From Nemertoderma westbladi (Eukaryota; Animalia; Xenacoelomorpha): DNA of 64,000 nucleotides. The notes below the pieces were generated by a model. The model did not search any database and was not told where the DNA came from. It saw nothing but the letters and a program-made list of their open reading frames with translations. A program made the position numbers and the translations under genes. Below, piece by piece: positions 22,776 to 34,200 of the stretch (within the stretch, counting starts at the first letter, position 1; every line of letters starts with the position of its first letter). The stretch lies in contig JAUCBJ010001071.1 in assembly GCA_032718475.1 (NCBI GenBank), positions 62,001 to 126,000 of the forward strand, in the 5' to 3' direction.

Positions 22776-25655
22776 CTAGTGCTGGTGCAAACTAAATATA
22801 ACAGAGTAAGGTCTACATAAATTGTATACACCACCTAAGATAGTGTTGTCAGAATGTAGTATTCTATTTAATAGGCTTTGTGAGGATCTATAAGTAATGT
22901 GACAAAACATTGGCAAACGTAGTTCGCCAAAAGAAAGTGACATACTTGTAGGTTCTTCACCGGTGAGCCTAGGGATATTAAACAGTAGCCTAGCACAATT
23001 ATTGTAAGCTACCCTAATCTTATCGTACGCACGATGTGAGTAGTTCTTACTAGCCCATAGGCTGTTGCAGTATATTGGGGTACAGTAAGCACGAAAAAGT
23101 GCAGTTTTAACATAGACAGACGCATGGCAAAACTTTCTAGCCAGAGTATTCCCTCTGGCGTACAGTTGATGCATCTGTCGTGTAATATCTAGGTCATCGT
23201 CAGTGGACGAGCTAATAACGTGCCCTAAATAGTTAAACTTATCAACAGTTTCTATGTTGGAACCATACAATTTGACTCTAGCGACAGAGGTTAACGCACA
23301 CGATTTATGAATGAAGTATAAACACTTCGTTTTCTTAGTATTGAATATAATAGAGTTAGACGTAGCATAGGCTACGGCTATATCTATTAATTTCTGCAGA
23401 CCAAAAATGGAGTTTGAGATCAAACATAAGTCGTCGGCATAAATTAAGTGATTTAACCTAAGTGAACATATAGAACAACCTATACCGCTACTATTTAATT
23501 CCTTACTTAACTCATCAATGTAAATATTATAGAGCAATGGTGAAATAATACTACCTTGTCTAGTTCCGTTAGTTACAGAAAAGGATGGTGAGAAAAACCC
23601 ATCCCAACAGACACGCACTAGTTGGTTACGATACCAAAACATAATAATGCGAACAATGTATAATGGTACACCACGGTCTATCAGTTTGCGAAACAATTTG
23701 AAATGGTTGACACGATCAAACGCTTTAGATGCGTCTAACATGCATACATAAACAGAAGAATTGTTATTGAGATAGTAGTTCACTATTTCCTTCAGAGTGT
23801 ATGTACATGTTTCAGTTCCGAGTTTAGGCTTGAAGCCAAACTGGTTATATGTAGTATCTAAATATTTGAAGCAGCGTTCTAGAATTACTTTCTCAATAAC
23901 TTTACTGAGGATTGTAGACAAAGAAATGCCTCGATAGTTATCCTTACACGTCAGACTAGCCGACCTATCCTTTACAAGTGGAATGATGGTTGATTCCATC
24001 ATGGCAGCTGGCATATAGTTATGTATAAAAATAGAGTTAATTAAAAGGGCAATTGCACGCACAAGATTATAACAACATGCGTGGATTAAATGTTCTGCCG
24101 ACAATCCGTCAAGCCCAGGGGCTTTATCGGATGGAAGGCCGAGCAGTGAATCCATCACTTCGTTGTATGTAATATTAGAAAAACCAATATTAGCTGCGTT
24201 ATCAATACATGTATTAACGTATGCACTATCTGTGTCATCGTTGACACAGTTAAATAAACTCTGGAAATGATTCTTCCACATGTTAGCGATGTTAACAGGG
24301 CCAACATCATCTCCTATTCTAGTAGGTAACGGACACTTATCAGTTGTATGGCTGCGCACCTGTGACCAAAAATGTTTAGTGGAAGAATTATTTAGTAAAG
24401 CCTCCGCCATTTTATCATGTTTGATCTTAGATGCATTGCGTTTGCAATGCCTCATAGCATGCTTATACCGTGCTTTCGCGCGTAAATATTCTGAAAACAC
24501 ATTGCCTTGACGTGGTGACCCACAATTTCGCCAAAGTTTAAAAGCAGATAGTGATTTTTTGTATAAATCCTTTACATGGTCATTCCATCCTGGAATATGG
24601 CAGTGGCTGTTTGGTGTATCATTTTTATTATTCTTATTATCACCTCCAGAATGTTTAATAAAATATAAACTAGCACTACTTAACACGTTAGTTATATTGT
24701 TATATAACATGTCAATATCAGAATGGTGACATTTGCAACCAGTGTCGTTGCAATTTGTCAGATTTACCATATCGGCGGATGCCATAACCTCACCAAGCAT
24801 AAAGTTTACATGGCCAGCGTAATCGCTAGTTTTACTTGAGCTATGTTCCCAATCGAAGTGGACTGGGGGGGGATTTGGTATACTTTCAGATCCTGTGTCG
24901 GTGCCCCCACTTGGTGGTAGGGACGCCGCTATACCAAGCTGCGTTAACAGTGGCATATGGTCTGATACTGACAAGTTATATATAATTTCCACATTGGATA
25001 CTAAGTCTACACAAGATGGCGAGCACAAAACATGGTCAAGCCAGGATGTTGAACCATGTGCATCGCTAACGTAGGTAAAACTATTAGGAGGCAAAATATT
25101 TACATCATAGATACATGAATTTACAGAACAGCACCAGTCAGAGAGTTCGGTGTACCTAAAGCGTTTAGGGTCGGCATTAAAATCTCCGATTAGACAACAA
25201 TGTGAGTACTTTGTTGTTTGTAAAATGGAAGTTAATTTACCCAAACATTCACTATAAATGTTATGGTTTTCAGGGCAGTCATACGGGAGATATACATTAA
25301 TAATTAGTAAAGTCTCACCGTTGTCTAATTGTATTCGAATGCCATACATGCGTGATTCATTAAAATCTAAAATTTCCACTGCGTGGTCTAAAGACTCACG
25401 CCATAAAAATGCCAGCCCACCCTTAGGCCTACCCTGAAGCAGACCGTCAGAGTAATCACCAGCTGATAATCCGCGGGCTAGAAAGTTTTTATTTATAGTA
25501 GCCAAAAATCCCAATTCCTGCTTTGGTAACTGAGTTTCTTGGAGCAGTACGATATCACAATTATTGCACAGTTTATTTATAACCACTTGAGATTCAGGAG
25601 TACGAACTGAATTGCAGTTATAGCTGATGATATTTAAATTAGATATATTAGCCAT
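22776..25655 (-). CDS. LINE ORF2: APE endonuclease plus reverse transcriptase (959 aa)
   Basis: SYNCNS, LLQET, GDFNAD, LDHV and SDH (APE); KAPGLDG, YRGISL, QFGFK, DASKAFDRV, GTRQGS and YADDL (RT). Confidence 0.95.
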   Translation of the reverse strand: MANISNLNIISYNCNSVRTPESQVVINKLCNNCDIVLLQETQLPKQELGFLATINKNFLARGLSAGDYSDGLLQGRPKGGLAFLWRESLDHAVEILDFNESRMYGIRIQLDNGETLLIINVYLPYDCPENHNIYSECLGKLTSILQTTKYSHCCLIGDFNADPKRFRYTELSDWCCSVNSCIYDVNILPPNSFTYVSDAHGSTSWLDHVLCSPSCVDLVSNVEIIYNLSVSDHMPLLTQLGIAASLPPSGGTDTGSESIPNPPPVHFDWEHSSSKTSDYAGHVNFMLGEVMASADMVNLTNCNDTGCKCHHSDIDMLYNNITNVLSSASLYFIKHSGGDNKNNKNDTPNSHCHIPGWNDHVKDLYKKSLSAFKLWRNCGSPRQGNVFSEYLRAKARYKHAMRHCKRNASKIKHDKMAEALLNNSSTKHFWSQVRSHTTDKCPLPTRIGDDVGPVNIANMWKNHFQSLFNCVNDDTDSAYVNTCIDNAANIGFSNITYNEVMDSLLGLPSDKAPGLDGLSAEHLIHACCYNLVRAIALLINSIFIHNYMPAAMMESTIIPLVKDRSASLTCKDNYRGISLSTILSKVIEKVILERCFKYLDTTYNQFGFKPKLGTETCTYTLKEIVNYYLNNNSSVYVCMLDASKAFDRVNHFKLFRKLIDRGVPLYIVRIIMFWYRNQLVRVCWDGFFSPSFSVTNGTRQGSIISPLLYNIYIDELSKELNSSGIGCSICSLRLNHLIYADDLCLISNSIFGLQKLIDIAVAYATSNSIIFNTKKTKCLYFIHKSCALTSVARVKLYGSNIETVDKFNYLGHVISSSTDDDLDITRQMHQLYARGNTLARKFCHASVYVKTALFRAYCTPIYCNSLWASKNYSHRAYDKIRVAYNNCARLLFNIPRLTGEEPTSMSLSFGELRLPMFCHITYRSSQSLLNRILHSDNTILGGVYNLCRPYSVIFSLHQH

Positions 25656-25777
25656 TTTTTGTCATAAAAATATCATTTATATTATACAAAAATAATAACA
25701 ATATTAAAAAGAAAAAAAGGAAATATTATATATATTGGTATATATATATCTAAAAATATTCTAAAAATAATCTGGCA

Positions 25778-27034
25778 TTATTTATCCTGACCAAGCTCAG
25801 ACTCAGGCTCAGACTCTGACTCTCCGGCCATGACGCTTGTTTCAGTACCCTGGGTTCCAGTGCCCAAAGCCGCGTACCGGTTCGCATCAGCGATTACTGC
25901 GTTACTGTTTCCCACAGGAGGACTACCCGCAGTTGTAGCAGTAGAGTCTGGAACAGCTGTATTAAATCCCGTTGCGACGCGCACGGGCCTAGTGGCGCGG
26001 GGCCTTGTTTCAAAGTCGCGAATCCTCGAATAGAGTGGCCAGATACTTGGATCCAAGAGTAGAGAACGTTGATCCTCCGAACACGTTATTAAAAACGACC
26101 GAACGGGAGACTCTGCCTTTGATATGCTGTAGCAGGTGACGTCAGCAAACCCAAGAGAGTTTTTTACATGATCGAGGATAACTGCGGGATCAACATCAGG
26201 ATGACATCCTGTAAGGAAGAGTTTACGAGAAGGTTGAACCGTACGGAACCCCCCCGTACCAGTGGAGGAACCTTGAACAAACGAAGGCGCATTGGAATTG
26301 TTCGCGCCTCTTCTCACACGAGCCGCCACCGCTTGTTTCCGTGGAGGATCACGCTTCGGACGACGATAGGTGACGAGGGTATAATTATCATCGCTCGGTT
26401 GTGGATCATCACTTGGATTACGAATTACAGCAGCACTGTAGTTGCCACTGCCAGACACAGCCATACTGGTCGTGTTCGGGACAGCGGGCGCCGCCACCGG
26501 ACTATAGGTCGATTCGGCACCCGATTCGGCTAGCTCCTGTGGCAGCATCGGCACCGCACCATACGCCGCATGACTGCAGCTAGGGCGAGCCTCGAGAACA
26601 GCCAGACGATCCTGCATTACACTCATACGGTTAAGCAGCAGTGCAGTGTCCGCGTGACTAATGGCAAAGGGAGGAATGACGGTTAGATCCTTAGGTATGA
26701 ACTGGGGAAGGTGATCGCCATCCGGCCGATTAATATATCCCGCGTAATCGAAGATATCCAGGATATCTCCTACCGTATTCTTGCAAAAAAGATCGCCTGA
26801 CTGTCGTGATTTAACAAACGACTGCTTGTTCTTTTCTCTGTCGCTAACTGGTATCTTGGATAACAGGATACTTTTGGCGTCCTTGAACATGACATCGGAG
26901 AATCGTGGCCACGATTGCACTATATATATAATCGAGTCCCGTGTGTAGCCTTTTGTGTGGGACGTCCATAAGTAAGACAGAACATCGCTCTCCACATGAC
27001 TACACGGCACGGATGCTGCCGTCATTGCGTGCAA
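25778..27034 (-). CDS. LINE ORF1 (418 aa), with a short coiled coil and an RRM-like C-terminal region
   Basis: Lies directly upstream of ORF2 on the same strand. The segment KLFLTG...SFLI...LLDPSIWP..RIRDF is typical of LINE ORF1 proteins. Confidence 0.85.
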   Translation of the reverse strand: MHAMTAASVPCSHVESDVLSYLWTSHTKGYTRDSIIYIVQSWPRFSDVMFKDAKSILLSKIPVSDREKNKQSFVKSRQSGDLFCKNTVGDILDIFDYAGYINRPDGDHLPQFIPKDLTVIPPFAISHADTALLLNRMSVMQDRLAVLEARPSCSHAAYGAVPMLPQELAESGAESTYSPVAAPAVPNTTSMAVSGSGNYSAAVIRNPSDDPQPSDDNYTLVTYRRPKRDPPRKQAVAARVRRGANNSNAPSFVQGSSTGTGGFRTVQPSRKLFLTGCHPDVDPAVILDHVKNSLGFADVTCYSISKAESPVRSFLITCSEDQRSLLLDPSIWPLYSRIRDFETRPRATRPVRVATGFNTAVPDSTATTAGSPPVGNSNAVIADANRYAALGTGTQGTETSVMAGESESEPESELGQDK

Positions 27035-29374
27035 TCAGGAATGAAGCCTGATGCAGTGATTTTACTGCTGTACTATCTGACTGTTGCTCTGTTAGGCCTA
27101 TATCTGTACAGCTGTACAGATATGTGTAATGTTTTGTGAGTATGCTGTAAGTACTAGTATAAAGTTCTTACGTAATATAAACATGGGTGTATGGGTATCT
27201 TCGAGAAGATCAAGTTGTGAGAACCAAAAGTTCTGTCATGTTGACAACTGGAAGGTTTGGGACTGCCTCTTATATTGTCGAGAAGTTGAGGAGGGAGGCA
27301 ACACAAACAATCGGGAAGAACTGTGATGACTTTATACACACAAAAATATTAGCCTCTGTACCATTACAATCTCATGGAGTGATAATGCAAACAGTGCATA
27401 AAATTGAAAGAGAGATGAAGGATAAATATATAAAAAACTGGAAAAATCTGGAACAAAAGGAACCTATTGCTGTCTTTGTTGCAAAGTTGGATGTATCTGT
27501 AATCAAGCTAGATGATCTGCAGGAGCACTTGGCTGAATTTGGTAGAGTACTGCAGACATGTGGATGGGGAATATACTCTGTTGACTACACAAAGGACTTT
27601 GCTGGAACCCTCGATAGGAAGGCAATAGTCAAACATCTAGTGGAAACAAAGGGTTGGAGGTTGGAAGGGACATTTCAAGCAGCATTGGAGGGTGATCAGC
27701 AAACAATTTTGGAAAACACTTCATCTGTGGGAAATCATGTGTTGACATACATCACATCTTGGGGCGGAAATACAATGAGAGTGAAGCTGTACAACAAAAT
27801 TGTTTGCCAGTTTGAAGCATGAGAAGTATTGGAGAATTTTGGAGGGCATTTGGCAGACTACGCTGATTGCAGGAACCCGGTCCTTCGGAAATCCTTAGAA
27901 CATCCATTGATCCAGCAATATGGATGTACAAGAGTTGAGATATCCTTGTACTCTATGAATTACATATCTAGAGATCTTGGTGTGGAAGTGATGAGAAGTG
28001 CATTAGAAAACATACAGCCATATGAGGGATTATTTGCACACAAGAACTGGGAAAGTTTCTGGAGTGAAGGTGCAGTGTAAGTTTGATATACACGAAAATA
28101 AACAAAGATGGGAGAAGGCTATAGTATGGAGTTGTTCAGAATTTGGATTTCGAGGTTGTCCTATATTTTGCTTCCAAATTAGAAATCAAAATGAAATTGA
28201 AAAGGGCACAGAAATAGCAGAAATAGCACAGAAATGCTATTTCAAAGACCCCACTGCAAGAACAATACTTTGCTCATCGAAACTACCAACTCAGTGTAGG
28301 TCAGTTCAAGCAAGAATTCCGTTGGAAGAAATGTTGCCACCAACGGATTTCATAGAGTGGACATGGAGGCAAGAGCCTTGCAAATCTTTGGGAACAGTAA
28401 AAATGCAATGGAAACTACAAGAGGTGCCTGAATACTTGCAAACACATCAAGTATCTTGGTTGTCAACGTGGAAAAGAGCGCAGAGGAACATTGATATTGT
28501 AGATTATTTAGAATGTGAGAAATGGAGACAAGAGGCACTGCAAAGAAGTGCAAGAAATCGAGAAGAAGTAGCCCTGATACACAAAAGGTTGCTGGAGTAC
28601 AAGAAAAGAAAACAACATGAAATGAACAAAAGGAATATGTTTTGAATCTATTGAAGCACACTCCCATAAAAAAAATTTGTGAGTTGGATGGTAAGAAACC
28701 ATTAAAAGTAATAGTGCTTGGATTTCGACAAGCAACTGGACCCTACCAAAGATACGAATGTTGCTTTCAATTGATGATGAAATTTCCAAGATATATTCTA
28801 ACCGAGGCTTGGAGTGTGTTTTAGATGAATTGAGAGATGCTTTTCACAGAGCCCAAGAGCAAACTACAAGAGAAAATTATTTTTTGGTTGACGGAGCGCT
28901 GGAAATTGAAATTCAAGCACCCAAACAGTTCAATAATGAGCAGCAGCAGTTAATCATTTGGTATCCAATTAAATTATTGAGAAGCCCAATTGAAGGCGAA
29001 CAACAAAATATACAAGAAATATTGAAGAAAGTCGAAAATGAATATGAGAAGGCCAAGTCCATGTGTTTGGTTGAATATCATGCAAAGGAAAAGAGGAGTG
29101 TGAGAAAAGTGCTTGAATTGGAAGAAGGTGAGTATAAATGTATAGCATATTGGAACCAGAGCTATAGAGGAAAAGTGCGTCATATATTATACTTGCAGGA
29201 TAAAGCTGGTGAATCGGCAAGACCAGTGTATGGCTATTTCTCGCAGAAAGAAGTTGAGGAAATGCATTGTGATTTGTCCACAGTATTATCTCCATTGCTA
29301 GTGAAAGTTGGAAAGAACAAAGACAACACCACAGAAGAACAAGGATAGAATCATCACTTTAGCCCACACTCTGC

Positions 29375-29509
29375 TTAGCACAACAACCATGTCAGAGCCC
29401 TAGGATTAGCACAACAACCGTGTCAGAGCCCTAGGTTTAGCACAACAACCGTGTCAGAGCCCTAGGTTTAGCACGACAACCGTGTCAGAGCCCTAGGTTT
29501 AGCACGACA
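29375..29509. repeat. 31-bp tandem repeat (~4 copies) overlapping the Rep-like ORF stop codon; also at 40471-40605, and single-copy in unit 3
   Basis: Unit TGTCAGAGCCCTAGGTTTAGCACAACAACCG. Confidence 0.9.
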
Positions 29510-30018
29510 GTGATAATTGTATACTCAACTTATGTACAGTAGGCCTACATAAACTGAAACTGAGAACAATTTTGCCTATTAAATAAAAGTGGTGCATACT
29601 GCACATATATGCAACAGACACCATCTGATGAAGAAAGCAATATAGTCCTATAGTCCGATTCAAAAAATGCATACAGAGTGTTTTGTATTACGAGTGGTAA
29701 GGCGACCTTTCTATATGGTTTGGGGGATACGGTTGGTATATGGCAGTTGGGGGGAAAAGGTCATGTTATGGCGGGGAAAGTATTTTGACCACCAAAAATG
29801 GTATTTTGCAAACACAAAATCTTAGCAGGTTAAATATTTGGGCAACTATGCATTACATAGATGCATGCGAAAACGTTACGAAAAAATGGCAAGAAAGAGA
29901 CCCAATAAAGCCTGGCAAAATGCAGAGAAATGTCGAAAATGTTGCTAAAAAGTGCTAAATTTTGAAAAATGCCAAATCAAACCCCCCAAACCATTGCAAA
30001 ATACTGAAAAATTCTGAA

Positions 30019-30216
30019 CATTTTCCCCCAAATCATGCGTTTTAGAGGCTTTTTGCCAAGCATCGGACTTGGCAAAAGTGACATTTTCCCCCAAATCATG
30101 CGTTTTAGAGGCTTTTTGCCAAGCAACGGACTTGGCAAAAGAGACATTTTCCCCCAAATCATGCATTTTAGAGGCTTTTTGCCAAGCGTCGGACTTGGCA
30201 AAAGGACATTTTCCCT
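30019..30216. repeat. Three 63-bp repeats, each with a perfect 10-bp stem-loop; also at 41107-41304
   Basis: TTTTGCCAAG-(7-nt loop)-CTTGGCAAAA three times, bracketed by a ~40-bp direct repeat AATGCCAAATCAAACCCCCAAACCATTGCAA. Confidence 0.9.
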
Positions 30217-30467
30217 GAAACACCCGTTTCAGTATAGAGGCGCCCTACGCCTCTGAGTTCCGTTTTTCTCTGTATTTCTGTGCAGTTTCGAAAAGCGGAG
30301 TAAGTTTACAACATAACGAGAATGCCAAATCAAACCCCCAAACCATTGCAACATACTGAAAAATGATGAAAATGATGTGCAAAAGGGACATTTCCCCCAA
30401 AAACACGCGTTTGTAATTGATTTTGATTTGATTTATATTATAGTATTATATTTGTATTTGATTTTCA

Positions 30468-31286
30468 TTACAGAAAAGCCAGAAAGCCTTGTATGAAGTT
30501 TCGGAGATTTTGCATGGCGTCCTCGATGCTGACCATCTGAAACCGTTGGTGCTGATTATAGTGGTCGGTACAGACTCCAAGGATTCCAACTTCCAGAGTT
30601 CTTGCGTAGGGAGTTCTCTTTATGGTTGTTATAATCCCCGCCACCTCCCACTCGTAGAAGTCACGCACCGCGGACGGATCCTGTGCTCTTTTGGGGCCAC
30701 ATGTGCTGGTAGACAACTTGGTATTCTGGGGTTGGGACACGTGGACGTAGTTGACTGCAGTCGGGGAGGGAAACCCTTCCTGTGCTCCGTGATTTTTCTG
30801 GTTGTATTGGTCTGAAAGGAGAAAGTAGGAATTTTGCTATACCTCAACCTCCGAAGAAATTTTTGCCTATTTTTATGGACACACGTGAAAACACTCTTCA
30901 TTTTATTCTCATTTTTGAATGTACCTTTATTGCAGCTCTGAAGCCATCAAACAATGAATATAGTCCCGTGTCAAGGACGAATAATAGGCCTACGTCAATC
31001 GAATATCCTTTTTCAACCTATCAAAAAAAATAACTTTACTATAAAGAGATTTGAAAAGATTGTTGCCGAAATCCAAAGGGTGGCTTACCGTGAACAACGA
31101 TGTCATTTTCGTCTTGCTGTAACACGACGACTGTTCCTATATCCATGTGCGCCGACCCTGTTCCAAATTTGAAGAAAAATTTCAGATTCTGGGCTTCGTG
31201 CAGGATCTTTTTTGTTGCTCCGTAGCTGTCGAACGAACTCGAAAAGGCAGCTCTTACCACCAACACGTTTTTTTTTTATTGTGAGG
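30468..31286 (-). CDS. Putative two-exon gene of unknown function, convergent with the Rep-like ORF; 5' end broken at 31286
   Basis: Donor G|GTAAGC at 31088 and acceptor TTTCTCCTTTCAG| at 30812 join ORFs 31039-31266 and 30468-30740 in frame (IVVH-D-QYNQKNHG). Confidence 0.55.
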
Positions 31287-34200
31287 AGTAGTAGTAAAAA
31301 GGGATAAATATTGTGCGGAGGTCGATTTCTTGTCAGTCTCAAAGAAACCTCACAGTAGTAGTAAAAAGGGATAAATGTGCGGAGGTCGATTTCTTGTCAG
31401 TCTCAAAGAAACCTCACAGTAGTAGTAAAAAGGGATAAATGTGCGGAGGTCGATTTCTTGTCAGTCTCAAAGAAACCTCACAGTAGTAGTAAAAAGGGAT
31501 AAATGTGCGGAGGTCGATTTCTTGTCAGTCTCAAAGAAACCTCACAGTAGTAGTAAAAAGGGATAAATGTATGGAGGTCGATTTCTTGTCAGTCTCAAAG
31601 AAACCTCACAGTAGTAGTAAAAAGGGATAAATGTGCGGAGGTCGATTTCTTGTCAGTCTCAAAGAAACCTCACAGTAGTAGTAAAAAGGGATAAATGTGC
31701 GGAGGTCGATTTCTTGTCAGTCTCAAAGAAACCTCACAGTAGTAGTAAAAAGGGATAAATGTGCGGAGGTCGATTTCTTGTCAGTCACAAAGAAACCTCA
31801 CAGTAGTAGTAAAAAGGGATAAATGTGCGGAGGTCGATTTCTTGTCAGTCTCAAAGAAACCTCACAGTAGTAGTAAAAAGGGATAAATGTGCGGAGGTCG
31901 ATTTCTTGTCAGTCTCAAAGAAACCTCACAGTAGTAGTAAAAAGGGATAAATGTGCGGAGGTCGATTTCTTGTCAGTCTCAAAGAAACCTCACAGTAGTA
32001 GTAAAAAGGGATAAATGTGCGGAGGTCGATTTCTTGTCAGTCTCAAAGAAACCTCACAGTAGTAGTAAAAAGGGATAAATGTGCGGAGGTCGATTTCTTG
32101 TCAGTCTCAAAGAAACCTCACAGTAGTAGTAAAAAGGGATAAATGTGCGGAGGTCGATTTCTTGTCAGTCTCAAAGAAACCTCACAGTAGTAGTAAAAAG
32201 GGATAAATGTGCGGAGGTCGATTTCTTGTCAGTCTCAAAGAAACCTCACAGTAGTAGTAAAAAGGGATAAATGTGCGGAGGTCGATTTCTTGTCAGTCTC
32301 AAAGAAACCTCACAGTAGTAGTAAAAAGGGATAAATGTGCGGAGGTCGATTTCTTGTCAGTCTCAAAGAAACCTCACAGTAGTAGTAAAAAGGGATAAAT
32401 GTGCGGATGTCGATTTCTTGTCAGTCTCAAAGAAACCTCACAGTAGTAGTAAAAAGGGATAAATGTGCGGAGGTCGATTTCTTGTCAGTCTCAAAGAAAC
32501 CTCACAGTAGTAGTAAAAAGGGATAAATGTGCGGAGGTCGATTTCTTGTCAGTCTCAAAGAAACCTCACAGTAGTAGTAAAAAGGGATAAATGTGCGGAG
32601 GTCGATTTCTTGTCAGTCACAAAGAAACCTCACAGTAGTAGTATAAGGGATAAATGTGTGGAGGTCGATTTCTTGTCAGTCACAAAGAAACCTCACAGTA
32701 GTAGTAAAAAGGGATAAATGTGCGGAGGTCGATTTCTTGTCAGTCACAAAGAAACCTCACAGTAGTAGTAAAAAGGGATAAATGTGCGGAGGTCGATTTC
32801 TTGTCAGTCACAAAGAAACCTCACAGTAGTAGTAAAAAGGGATAAATGTGCGGAGGTCGATTTCTTGTCAGTCTCAAAGAAACCTCACAGTAGTAGTAAA
32901 AAGGGATAAATGTATGGAGGTCGATTTCTTGTCAGTCTCAAAGAAACCTCACAGTAGTAGTAAAAAGGGATAAATGTGCGGAGGTCGATTTCTTGTCAGT
33001 CTCAAAGAAACCTCACAGTAGTAGTAAAAAGGGATAAATGTGCGGAGGTCGATTTCTTGTCAGTCTCAAAGAAACCTCACAGTAGTAGTAAAAAGGGATA
33101 AATGTGCGGAGGTCGATTTCTTGTCAGTCACAAAGAAACCTCACAGTAGTAGTAAAAAGGGATAAATGTGCGGAGGTCGATTTCTTGTCAGTCTCAAAGA
33201 AACCTCACAGTAGTAGTAAAAAGGGATAAATGTGCGGAGGTCGATTTCTTGTCAGTCTCAAAGAAACCTCACAGTAGTAGTAAAAAGGGATAAATGTGCG
33301 GAGGTCGATTTCTTGTCAGTCTCAAAGAAACCTCACAGTAGTAGTAAAAAGGGATAAATGTGCGGAGGTCGATTTCTTGTCAGTCTCAAAGAAACCTCAC
33401 AGTAGTAGTAAAAAGGGATAAATGTGCGGAGGTCGATTTCTTGTCAGTCTCAAAGAAACCTCACAGTAGTAGTAAAAAGGGATAAATGTGCGGAGGTCGA
33501 TTTCTTGTCAGTCTCAAAGAAACCTCACAGTAGTAGTAAAAAGGGATAAATGTGCGGAGGTCGATTTCTTGTCAGTCTCAAAGAAACCTCACAGTAGTAG
33601 TAAAAAGGGATAAATGTGCGGAGGTCGATTTCTTGTCAGTCTCAAAGAAACCTCACAGTAGTAGTAAAAAGGGATAAATGTGCGGAGGTCGATTTCTTGT
33701 CAGTCTCAAAGAAACCTCACAGTAGTAGTAAAAAGGGATAAATGTGCGGAGGTCGATTTCTTGTCAGTCTCAAAGAAACCTCACAGTAGTAGTAAAAAGG
33801 GATAAATGTGCGGAGGTCGATTTCTTGTCAGTCTCAAAGAAACCTCACAGTAGTAGTAAAAAGGGATAAATGTGCGGAGGTCGATTTCTTGTCAGTCTCA
33901 AAGAAACCTCACAGTAGTAGTAAAAAGGGATAAATGTGCGGAGGTCGATTTCTTGTCAGTCTCAAAGAAACCTCACAGTAGTAGTAAAAAGGGATAAATG
34001 TGCGGAGGTCGATTTCTTGTCAGTCTCAAAGAAACCTCACAGTAGTAGTAAAAAGGGATAAATGTGCGGAGGTCGATTTCTTGTCAGTCTCAAAGAAACC
34101 TCACAGTAGTAGTAAAAAGGGATAAATGTGCGGAGGTCGATTTCTTGTCAGTCTCAAAGAAACCTCACAGTAGTAGTAAAAAGGGATAAATGTATGGAGG

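Larger units (their letters stand above)
22578..27186 (-). mobile_element. Full-length non-LTR retrotransposon (RTE group, Proto2/RTEX-like)
   Basis: Intact ORF1 and ORF2, an AATAAATACAATAAATAATA 3' tail on the minus strand, and a probable TSD GTGTAT at 22572-22577 and 27187-27192. The clade assignment is tentative. Confidence 0.88.
22329..29403 (+). pseudogene. Rep_trans-like rolling-circle initiator ORF, unit 1 (LINE insertion, TGA at 27820, ~100-bp deletion near 28036, frameshifts)
   Basis: SVDYTKDF (27577-27600), RVKLYNK (Tyr codon at 27790) and TRVEISL (~27930) resemble the pT181 RepC motifs RLDLAFD, IRIYNK and WRVEIEL in order and rough spacing. AATAAA follows at ~29582. Confidence 0.6.

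Noticed and set aside
22329-29403. Helitron or Replitron assignment for the tandem unit
   Set aside because: No HUH motif, PIF1 helicase motifs or clear TC...CTRR termini were found.
29620-29660. Hammerhead ribozyme core (CTGATGA...GAAA)
   Set aside because: There is no room for stem II between the motifs and no flanking stems are evident.
29945-30256. Short ORFs with 21-aa repeats
   Set aside because: A by-product of the 63-bp hairpin repeat, open on both strands.
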